Below are positions 48,598 through 56,876 of a DNA stretch of 64,000 nt, piece after piece (positions within the stretch are counted from its first letter, which is position 1; each line of letters begins with the position of its first letter). Made by a program: the position numbers and the translations under genes. Source of the stretch: Acidiferrobacterales bacterium (GTDB lineage Bacteria > Pseudomonadota > Gammaproteobacteria > Acidiferrobacterales > SZUA-150); contig CAMYII010000116.1 in assembly GCA_947258385.1 (NCBI GenBank), positions 3,984 to 67,983 on the forward strand, written 5' to 3'. Below the pieces are notes generated by a model that saw only the letters and a program-made list of their open reading frames with translations, was not told the DNA's origin and ran no database searches.

Positions 48598-49527
48598 GTG
48601 AAAAAAACGGCTGACAAGACAAGCGCGGACGACGGCGAGGCGTCCAGGCACCTCTATCCCATCCGAACGGTTTCGGATCTCACGGGCGTGCACGCGATTA
48701 CGCTGCGCGCGTGGGAAAGACGCTACGGTCTGATTCAACCGAAGCGGACGCCCAAGGGGCACCGCCTGTACACTGAGGATGATATCCACCGCATCCATCA
48801 AATCCTCGAGCTGCTGGACAAAGGCGTATCCATCGGCCAGGTCAGCGACGCGCTGCTCAGTGGGCCGGCCGCCGGGACCGGAGAGACCGATCCTTGGGTA
48901 CGCCAGCGGGAACGGATGATCGCGGCCGTGGCGCGATTCGATGAAACCGCGCTTGAGCAGCTCTATAATGAGGCGCTTTCACTCTACCCCGTGGACATGG
49001 TGACCCGTTACCTGCTTACCCCCATGCTGCGGGAGCTGGGTGAGCGTTGGCAACAGCTCGAAGGCGGCATCGCCGAGGAACATTTCTTCGGTATGTATCT
49101 CAGAAACAAACTGGGGGCCCGCCTGCACCACCGGCGCAGCGGCAACGATGGCCCCAAGCTGCTGCTCGCCTGCCTGCCCGGTGAGCACCACGAAATCGGC
49201 CTGCTGCTGTTCGCCCTCGGGGCCCATGACCGTGGCTACCGACTCGTATTACTCGGCGCCGACACGCCGCTGGAGGAAATTCCAGTGGCCGCCCGGCGCT
49301 CGAAAAGCGATGCGGTGATACTTTCCGGTTCCGTCGAACTGGCACCGGAGATGCTGGAGCAGGGCCTGCCTTTGATGGTCAAATCAAGCAAGCTACCCGT
49401 GTTCGTGGGGGGACAGACGTCGGTCAACTACCGCGATCTCATCGTCCGGGCGGGTGCGATTTCCACGGGCACCGATATCCCCCAAGGCCTGCGCAAGATC
49501 GATGAGGTCCTGGGAAACCATGGCTGA
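48598..49527 (+). CDS. MerR-family regulator with a C-terminal cobalamin-binding domain (CarH/LitR-type light sensor)
   Basis: MerR HTH (YPIRTVSDLTGVHAITLRAWERRYGL). W-x9-E-H (WQQLEGGIAEEH). E-x-H-x-x-G (EHHEIG) lies about 35 residues later. It has a GTG start. Confidence 0.8.
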   Translation: MKKTADKTSADDGEASRHLYPIRTVSDLTGVHAITLRAWERRYGLIQPKRTPKGHRLYTEDDIHRIHQILELLDKGVSIGQVSDALLSGPAAGTGETDPWVRQRERMIAAVARFDETALEQLYNEALSLYPVDMVTRYLLTPMLRELGERWQQLEGGIAEEHFFGMYLRNKLGARLHHRRSGNDGPKLLLACLPGEHHEIGLLLFALGAHDRGYRLVLLGADTPLEEIPVAARRSKSDAVILSGSVELAPEMLEQGLPLMVKSSKLPVFVGGQTSVNYRDLIVRAGAISTGTDIPQGLRKIDEVLGNHG

Positions 49528-49590
49528 GTCGGGGCTCGCCGGTGTGTATGGGCGCGCCCGGGGTCAAGTCGAATTTTTTGAGAGACGCGT

Positions 49591-50256
49591 ATGGAATTGG
49601 AACTGATCAGCTTCAAGCTCTGCCCCTTCGTTCAGCGCTCGGTTATCGTGCTGAAGCACAAGCAGATACCGTACAAGATCACCTACATCGAACTGGCCAA
49701 CCCACCGGATTGGTTTCGTGAAATCTCACCGTTCGGCAAGGTCCCGATACTGCGTGTCGAAGATCAACACACGATCTTTGAATCGGCCGTTATCAGCGAA
49801 TTCTTAAACGAGATCACGCCGGACAGCCTGCTGCCGGATGAACCCTTAGAACGCGCCATCAATCGCGGCTGGATCGAATTTGGTTCCGCCTGCGTGCTGG
49901 ATCTCGCGGGAATCATGCACGGCGGGAACGCCGAAAAATATGACACAGCGCACGCGGCCCTGACAAAAAAAATGATCCGGCTGGAGTCGGCGCTCGGCGA
50001 AGGCCCCTATTTCAATGGCAAGGAACTCTCACTGGTCGATTTCGCCTACGCGCCCCTGTTCATGCGAACCGAACTGCTGGGTCTGGGCGAAGAGGTGTAT
50101 CCGGCGGCAAGTTGCCCGGACATCGCCCATTGGAGCCAGGCGCTGCTCGGGCTTGCCGCGGTCAAGGATTCGGTCGTGCTGGAGTTTCCCGAGTTACTGC
50201 GGACGCATATCCGCAAAAAGGCACCCTATGCCGCATCTCGATTGGGCCTTGCTTGA
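49591..50256 (+). CDS. glutathione S-transferase family protein
   Basis: Thioredoxin-like N-domain (..CPFVQR.., ..FGKVPIL.., ..ESAVISEFL..) and a helical C-domain. Confidence 0.85.
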   Translation: MELELISFKLCPFVQRSVIVLKHKQIPYKITYIELANPPDWFREISPFGKVPILRVEDQHTIFESAVISEFLNEITPDSLLPDEPLERAINRGWIEFGSACVLDLAGIMHGGNAEKYDTAHAALTKKMIRLESALGEGPYFNGKELSLVDFAYAPLFMRTELLGLGEEVYPAASCPDIAHWSQALLGLAAVKDSVVLEFPELLRTHIRKKAPYAASRLGLA

Positions 50257-50431
50257 ATATGTCCGAGGCGAGAGGTCCATGCCGGCGAATCCGACTCCCT
50301 TGCGACCGGACGAGGCAGGCTCCCAGTCCAACGGCAGGATAGTGCCGGGACAGACCGTCCGGGCAGGGGAAAGGCTCGATAAGGGGCCGGCTATCGCAAG
50401 TCGGTCAACCATCCTGAGGCGCGGCTGCCGC

Positions 50432-50635
50432 TCAGCGACCGAGTCGATTCAATTCTGCGCATTTTATACACAGGCGTTTGCCTCCCGTGCCCTGTCGACG
50501 ACTCTGACGCTTGATCTCCAACTCCGCGATCGGATCGGTGTTGTCCTCGATCACTTCATCATTGCCCGTTCGGCACTCGGTATTACTATGATAAACAAAC
50601 TGATGCAGATAATGCCAAGGCGTCTTCCAAGCCAT
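50432..50635 (-). CDS. hypothetical 67-aa protein
   Basis: AAGGAGG SD 7 nt before the ATG. It has Cys at ECRTG and CIKC (possible small Zn-binding fold). Confidence 0.45.
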   Translation of the reverse strand: MAWKTPWHYLHQFVYHSNTECRTGNDEVIEDNTDPIAELEIKRQSRRQGTGGKRLCIKCAELNRLGR

Positions 50636-50913
50636 TGATCAGCCTCCTTGCCTGAAAAAAGTCTGAAGTGCCGGATGTACTGGCTAATTGTTTATAATAA
50701 CTTTAGTCGAAACCGGGTGGTTTGAAAACGTCTCTGTCCGGGGCAAGCAGCACCGAACCGACATTACCCCAGTGGCGATCCGGAATTCCGCAACGCCGGA
50801 TGCCGGGCTTCTCCTCTGCCACCGGGTTGAACGACAAACCGCCAACGCCGTCCGGCTTAAACGACGGCATCTATGCCGTCAACCAGGCCATGTGGACCGT
50901 CACCGGCAGGGGT

Positions 50914-52230
50914 TCAGTCAGCCTGGATTTCCCTAAATTGATCCTGGATTCTCTCGACTTCCGCGCGGTTGCGTTCAAGTGCGTCCACGCATTCACGGTC
51001 CAGCCGTGAGCCGGCGAGCCGTCGCAGCACGGCGAATGCCTTGTCGTTGGTCCATGGCGCTTTGTACCTCCGACGGCTGGCCAGGGCATCGAAGACATCG
51101 GCGACCGCAACGATGCGGGCCTCAATGGGAATATCGCCACCTTCCAGACCATAAGGATAACCGGAACCGTCGATGGATTCGTGGTGATACTGGGCGATAT
51201 TTCTCAGGATATCGACATACTGGAAACCTTCGAGACCGAAATTCTGCAGCATGTCGTCGATAATCTGGCGGCCCTTCTGCACATGACCCTTCATCTGCTC
51301 GAATTCCCGGCCCGACAGCTTATCGGGCTTGAGCAGGATGCGATCGGGAATGCCGATCTTTCCGATATCATGCAACGGGGCAAAGAGAAAAATATGCTCG
51401 ATATATTCGTCATCAAAGTCATACTTGCCGGATAATTCCTTGGCGATGAGCTGGGCGTAGCGTGACATGCGGTCCAGATGCTCGGCGGTCTCCACATCGC
51501 GGTGATGCGTGATCTCGCGTGCGGTCTTGAGTGCCGCAAGCAGCGTATGAATAGCACTCATCTCGCCGGTAATCACCAGGGAGATGAGATGCCCGAATGT
51601 ATCGAGACAATGCAATGCATCGGGAGTAAACGGGTGTTTGCGGTAGGAATTAAAGAAAACGAAGCCAAAGAAATGGCCGTTTAGGAACATGGGCAGGGTA
51701 TAACTGGAACGATAACCCTGTTTAAGGATCTGCTGCGTATGGATGTGCCCTCCCGCGGCGAAGACCTCGAGATCGTTGACTACGCGTGGCCGGCCATGCC
51801 CGAGGATGTCCCGCAGGGACCCGGCGTCCGCCAGACGGGCCTGGTAATGTTGTAGCGGTTCGTCGGTCCCGCTGGAATCGACAAACGTCTTCAGGATGTC
51901 CGTTTTCGCGTCATAGACCGTGACCGAAATCCTGTCGATGAAGTCGTACTGCTGCTTCAATACCCCGTGGATGCACTCCAGCTTCTCACGCAGGGGAATG
52001 TCCTCATTGAGCGCGCCGAGGGAGTCCTGATGGTCAAACATGACCATGTCATGCGGCTCATCGGAAAGACGGTTTTGCATCAGTATCGATACTAAAACTA
52101 CCAACCCAGCGCTTCTCGCGCGGGGAATCCACCTTAGTTTGTCGGCGGCCCGCTGACGAGCGGCGAAGCCATGTTCAATGGCAAAATTCCAGGGTATGCC
52201 CGCGATGGGAAAAATTGCGCCGGCGCCCAC
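50914..52230 (-). CDS. GAF-domain HD-GYP c-di-GMP phosphodiesterase
   Basis: HD-GYP blocks (HHRDVETAEH, HDIGKIGIP, HHESIDGSGYP). The N-terminal start is uncertain; an internal MQNRL.. start is possible. Confidence 0.85.
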   Translation of the reverse strand: MGAGAIFPIAGIPWNFAIEHGFAARQRAADKLRWIPRARSAGLVVLVSILMQNRLSDEPHDMVMFDHQDSLGALNEDIPLREKLECIHGVLKQQYDFIDRISVTVYDAKTDILKTFVDSSGTDEPLQHYQARLADAGSLRDILGHGRPRVVNDLEVFAAGGHIHTQQILKQGYRSSYTLPMFLNGHFFGFVFFNSYRKHPFTPDALHCLDTFGHLISLVITGEMSAIHTLLAALKTAREITHHRDVETAEHLDRMSRYAQLIAKELSGKYDFDDEYIEHIFLFAPLHDIGKIGIPDRILLKPDKLSGREFEQMKGHVQKGRQIIDDMLQNFGLEGFQYVDILRNIAQYHHESIDGSGYPYGLEGGDIPIEARIVAVADVFDALASRRRYKAPWTNDKAFAVLRRLAGSRLDRECVDALERNRAEVERIQDQFREIQAD

Positions 52231-52390
52231 GGATGACGGGATATGATCTGCCTAAATGCACCGAAACACAATCCCATCGCCTGGCTCGTAAACACATCGG
52301 CCGCGGCGGTATCTGAACAACGCGGCACATCAACGGGCCAATATGTAAGATTTGAGGACGCCCGGAGTCGTTGGTTCCGCACCGCCGGCG

Positions 52391-54883
52391 TTAAAGCTCC
52401 CGCAGGGTCTTTAAAGGGGGCTGCCGCAGGACCGGGCGGGCACCCAGGGTCCCGGCGATACCCACACCGAGGGCCCCGGCGATCGTGCCGAGCAGCCAGA
52501 TCCAGGGATTAAACGCGTAGCTGAAGTGAAAGACCTGCTGCGCCAGCACGCGGGCCAACACGCTTGCCGCCAGCGCGGCCAACAGCCCCGCCAGCAAGCC
52601 CAGCGTAACGAACTCCGCGAACAGGCCGTTTAACAAGTGCCACCGTCTTGCGCCGAGGGTCCGCAAGATCGCACCCTCGAAACGCCGCTCATCCTGTGTC
52701 GCCTCGATCGCGGCGTAAAGTACGGTTAATCCGGCCAACAGCGTGAACAGAAAAACAAACTCCAGGGCCAAGCTTACACGATCCATGATCGCCCGCACCT
52801 TGTTCAACAGGGCCTCGACATCGAGCACTGTCACATTCGGAAACTGTTTTATCAGTGTTGCCAGCAGAGGCTTGTCGGCGGCCGGCAGGTACAGGCTCGT
52901 GACATAGGTGGCCGGATAGGCCTCGAGCACGCCCGGCGGGAGTACGGCAAAGAAGTTGACATTGAACGAGTCCCATTCGACCGAGCGCAGGTTCGTAATC
53001 TTGAGCTCCAGCTGCGTACCGGCGATATTGAAGACCAGGACATCGCCCAGTCTCAAGCCCAGGGTCTCGGCCAGGCCCTGCTCGAACGAAATCCATCGCT
53101 TGGCTTGCTCATCGGCAGGCCACCATTTCCCAACGACAACGCGGTTATCCGACTGTGGCCGGGAGGCCCACGACAAGTTGAATTCACGCAGCGCCAGGCG
53201 CTGCGCACGCGGGTCCGCATACGTCTCGGCGGTCACGGCCTGCCCGTTAATGGCGACCAACCTCGCTCTCACCATCGGATAGAGTCCGGACGCACCGATG
53301 CCGTGGTTGGCTAGAAACCGCTGCAGCGGTGCGACCTGATCGGGTTGCACGTTTATCAGAAAATGATTTGGCGCATCCGGCGGGACCGTGCGACGCCAAC
53401 CCTCCAACAAATCGTTGCGGACAATGGAAAGCAGCAGCAGCACCATGATGCCGAGTCCCAGCGCGACAATTTGCACCATACTGCCACGGGCGCGGCGGGC
53501 GATATTGGCAAAACCGAAACGCCAGGCAACGCCGACGCGTTGACGCAACCCGTTCAAAATGTGCACCAACAGATAAGCGACGAGGCCCAGGCCCAGCAGC
53601 GTGACGGTGGCGCCGCCCAGCAAATAGCCCACCAGCGTGAGGTCCCGCGCCTGCCACCACATCAAACTGCCCATGGTCGCCAGGGCCACGGCGTAGACCG
53701 TGACGCTGCGCGGCGGCACGGGCCCCAGTTCACGGCGCAGCACCCGTGCGGGCGGCACATGCTTTAATGCCAGAATGGGCGGCATCGCAAAACCCAAGAG
53801 CACAATCATGCCGGCGGGCAGACCGATCAGCGCCGGCCGCAGCGAGGGGGCGGGCAGCTCGCCGGCGACGAATCCCGACAGGATTTGCGCCAGCACCGTC
53901 TGTGCCGCGTAGCCGGCCAGACAGCCCGCAAGACTCCCGGCCAACCCGAGCCACGCCATTTGCCACAGGAATACGCGGGTGATGTCGGCCTGGGTCGCGC
54001 CCAGACAGCGCATGATGGCGCTGGTATCCAGGTGCCGCTGCGCATAGCGCCGGGCGGCCATCGCCACCGCCACCCCGGCGATCAATACGCTGACCAGCGA
54101 GACCAGACCGAGAAAGCGCTGCGCGCGCTCGAGCGCCGCGCGCAGCTCCGGGCGCCCTTCCTTCAGGGTGAGCACGCGCTCGTTGGCCGCGAGCCGGGGC
54201 GAGAGCCAGCGCCGAAAGGCCTGCACCTGCTGCGGCGTGCCGGCGAGCAACAGCCTGTGATTCGCGCGGCTCCCGGCCTGCATCAGTCCAGTGGCCGGTA
54301 CATCCTTGATGTTCATCATCAACCGGGGCGCAATGCTGAAGAGATCGCCTCCCCGGTCGGGCTCATAGCTCAACACGCGGGTGACGCGAAATCCCGCCCT
54401 GCCGAGTCGGACCTTGTCCTGGACCTTGATCGCCAAGCCCGGCAGCAGGCGTGCCTCCACCCATGCCTCGCCGGGCCCTGGGATCGCGCGCACCGCCTCA
54501 TCCGGGACAAACGGCTCAGCCGCCGCGCGCAGCAAACCGCGCAGCGGATAACCCGGGCTCACGGCCTTGACCTCCACGAGCTGGGTCTTGTCGCCAACCA
54601 GTACGATACTGCGAAAACTCAGCGTCTCCGCGCTGCGCAGTCCCAGCCGCCGGGCCTGTTCGAGGCGTCCGCCGCGTAACGGATCGGAAGAGGCGAGCAC
54701 CAGATCCGCGGCCAGGAGTTCGGCCGCCTGCTGGTCCATGGCCTTGCGCACCCGATCGGTGAAAAACCCCACCGCCGTCATGCTGGCGACGGCGATCACC
54801 AGCGCGATGACCAGAATCCGCAGCTCGCCGGCGTGCCAGTCCCGGCGCAACGCCCGCAGGGAGAAAGCCAAGGTATTTCTCAT
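52391..54883 (-). CDS. ybbP: FtsX-family ABC permease, duplicated (YbbP-like)
   Basis: 830 aa with two FtsX modules. It is translationally coupled to the upstream ATPase and shows the conserved tesA/ybbA-ybbP synteny. Confidence 0.85.
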   Translation of the reverse strand: MRNTLAFSLRALRRDWHAGELRILVIALVIAVASMTAVGFFTDRVRKAMDQQAAELLAADLVLASSDPLRGGRLEQARRLGLRSAETLSFRSIVLVGDKTQLVEVKAVSPGYPLRGLLRAAAEPFVPDEAVRAIPGPGEAWVEARLLPGLAIKVQDKVRLGRAGFRVTRVLSYEPDRGGDLFSIAPRLMMNIKDVPATGLMQAGSRANHRLLLAGTPQQVQAFRRWLSPRLAANERVLTLKEGRPELRAALERAQRFLGLVSLVSVLIAGVAVAMAARRYAQRHLDTSAIMRCLGATQADITRVFLWQMAWLGLAGSLAGCLAGYAAQTVLAQILSGFVAGELPAPSLRPALIGLPAGMIVLLGFAMPPILALKHVPPARVLRRELGPVPPRSVTVYAVALATMGSLMWWQARDLTLVGYLLGGATVTLLGLGLVAYLLVHILNGLRQRVGVAWRFGFANIARRARGSMVQIVALGLGIMVLLLLSIVRNDLLEGWRRTVPPDAPNHFLINVQPDQVAPLQRFLANHGIGASGLYPMVRARLVAINGQAVTAETYADPRAQRLALREFNLSWASRPQSDNRVVVGKWWPADEQAKRWISFEQGLAETLGLRLGDVLVFNIAGTQLELKITNLRSVEWDSFNVNFFAVLPPGVLEAYPATYVTSLYLPAADKPLLATLIKQFPNVTVLDVEALLNKVRAIMDRVSLALEFVFLFTLLAGLTVLYAAIEATQDERRFEGAILRTLGARRWHLLNGLFAEFVTLGLLAGLLAALAASVLARVLAQQVFHFSYAFNPWIWLLGTIAGALGVGIAGTLGARPVLRQPPLKTLREL

Positions 54884-55593
54884 CGTGGCGGCAGGCAGTC
54901 CTCGCTGGGATCCTGGGCCAAGCGCCCGGCGACCAGTTCCAGGCGGCGCTTGCAGTGGCCGGAGAGCTCACGGTCGTGCGTGACCAGGATTAAGGTCGTG
55001 GCGAGCTCCGTATTGAGGGAAAACAGCAGTTCGATGATGCGCGCGCCGGTGTTCTGATCCAGGTTGCCGGTCGGCTCATCGGCAAACAGCACTTTCGGCT
55101 TTGCCGCGAAGGCGCGGGCAATGGCGGCACGCTGCTGCTCGCCGCCGGACAGCTGACTGGGATAATGCTGCAGGCGCGCGCCCAGCCCGACACGATCCAG
55201 CACCTCGGTTGCCGCGGCACGCGCCGATGCGTTACCCGCAAGCTCCAAGGGCAACATGACATTCTCTAATGCGGTCAGGCTCGGCAGAAGTTGAAACGAC
55301 TGGAACACAAAACCCACCCTGTCCGCCCGCAGACGGGCGCGGCCGTCCTCGTCGAGCGAACCGAGCTCCGCGCCATCCAATATCACGCTGCCGCGCGTGG
55401 GGACATCCAGTCCCGCCAGCAGGCCTAATAGGGTAGACTTGCCGGAACCCGACGCACCAAGGATGGCGATGGCCTCACCCGGACACACGCGAAAACTCAC
55501 ATTATCGAGGATCAACAACTCGCCTGCCGGACTCGCAACCTGCTTACTCAAATGCTGCGCCTGCACGATGGGCACAACAGATTCCTGAACCAT
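54880..55593 (-). CDS. ybbA: ABC transporter ATP-binding protein (YbbA-like)
   Basis: [25 protein letters not shown] and [11 protein letters not shown]. The start is set at ATG 55593 ([17 protein letters not shown]..), which matches the usual YbbA N-terminus. Confidence 0.88.
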   Translation of the reverse strand: MVQESVVPIVQAQHLSKQVASPAGELLILDNVSFRVCPGEAIAILGASGSGKSTLLGLLAGLDVPTRGSVILDGAELGSLDEDGRARLRADRVGFVFQSFQLLPSLTALENVMLPLELAGNASARAAATEVLDRVGLGARLQHYPSQLSGGEQQRAAIARAFAAKPKVLFADEPTGNLDQNTGARIIELLFSLNTELATTLILVTHDRELSGHCKRRLELVAGRLAQDPSEDCLPPR

Positions 55594-56245
55594 GCGAAAA
55601 CTGCTCCTTCTTTGGGCCTTCTTCGGAGTGTGGCTCACCGCGACCGCCGATGAACCGGTTATCCTGGTCGTCGGCGACAGCCTGAGCGCCGCCTATGGTA
55701 TCGATGCGCGCCGCGGATGGGTAGCGTTACTTCAGCAACGCCTGCAACAGCAGCGCCATGGGTATCGTGTGGTCAATGCCAGTATCGGCGGCGACACCAC
55801 CCGCGGCGGTCTCAACCGCCTGCCCCGGGCGCTCGCCCAGCACCGGCCCCGTGTCGTGATCATCGAACTCGGCGGCAATGACGCCCTGCGCGGCCTGCCG
55901 CTCGAGGAGATACACAAGAATCTTGCTGCGATGATCGACACAAGCCAAGAACATCGGGCCGAGGTTGTGCTCGTGGGCGTCAGGCTACCGCCTAACTACG
56001 GCACGACCTATACGCAAACGTTTCACAGCATCTATCGTCAGCTGGCACAAAGCTATCAGGTCCCGTTGGTGCCGTATCTATTAGAGGGGGTCGGCGGACA
56101 GGATGAGCTCATGCAGGCCGACCGTCTGCATCCGAGCGATGAGGCCCAAAGGCGTATGCTCGACAACGTCTGGCCGCACCTCCTGCCGGTGCTGCAAGGC
56201 GCGGGGCCGCGATCCAAAACACGAACGCGCGCAGATCCATCTTGA
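55592..56245 (+). CDS. tesA: SGNH arylesterase / acyl-CoA thioesterase I (TesA)
   Basis: Signal peptide, GDSLSA (block I), GGNDALRG and DRLHPS (DxxH). Confidence 0.85.
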   Translation: MRKLLLLWAFFGVWLTATADEPVILVVGDSLSAAYGIDARRGWVALLQQRLQQQRHGYRVVNASIGGDTTRGGLNRLPRALAQHRPRVVIIELGGNDALRGLPLEEIHKNLAAMIDTSQEHRAEVVLVGVRLPPNYGTTYTQTFHSIYRQLAQSYQVPLVPYLLEGVGGQDELMQADRLHPSDEAQRRMLDNVWPHLLPVLQGAGPRSKTRTRADPS

Positions 56246-56289
56246 TCGCTTGGGCGCCAAAAAACCGAGGCTTCCTTTCATTTAAGCCG

Positions 56290-56811
56290 TCAGGATGATT
56301 TGCCCATTACACCCTGCGCCCGGAACAGGCCGATGATGGTCTTGGCATCGCGGATCTCGCCGGCGCCGGCCATCGCCACCGCCTCGGCAAACGGCAGCCA
56401 GTGAACCTCGATCACTTCATGTTCTTCGTGCCGTTGCTCGACCGCCTGCAGCTCACGTGCAAGAAAAAGATGGATGACTTCAGTAAAAATCCCGGGTGAG
56501 CTGAATAAGGACCCAAGCGGTTCCCAACGCCCGGCCCGCAGCCCGGCCTCCTCCTGCAACTCGCGTCTGGCGGTGGCCAACGGTTCTTCCCCGGGGTCGA
56601 TCCGGCCGGCCGGCAGCTCCCACAGCCAGCCGTCGGCGGCATGCCGATACTGCCTCAGCAGGCAGACCTTGGCATTATCATCCAGCGCGACCGCCGCCGC
56701 CCCGCCCGGGTGCCGAACGATCTCGAGCTCACAGGCGCGCCCGTCGGGCAGCTCCACCCACTCGGCGTTCACGTCTATGACCTTGCCGTGATAAATCGAT
56801 TTGCTACGCAT
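56290..56811 (-). CDS. Nudix hydrolase (ADP-ribose pyrophosphatase-like)
   Basis: Nudix box GRIDPGEEPLATARRELQEEAGL. The start is set at ATG 56811. Confidence 0.85.
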   Translation of the reverse strand: MRSKSIYHGKVIDVNAEWVELPDGRACELEIVRHPGGAAAVALDDNAKVCLLRQYRHAADGWLWELPAGRIDPGEEPLATARRELQEEAGLRAGRWEPLGSLFSSPGIFTEVIHLFLARELQAVEQRHEEHEVIEVHWLPFAEAVAMAGAGEIRDAKTIIGLFRAQGVMGKSS

Positions 56812-56876
56812 GCTCAATGCCCTTCCCGTTCCAACCCGTGCAAACGGACAAACCATCATTACTATGACATCTACAT

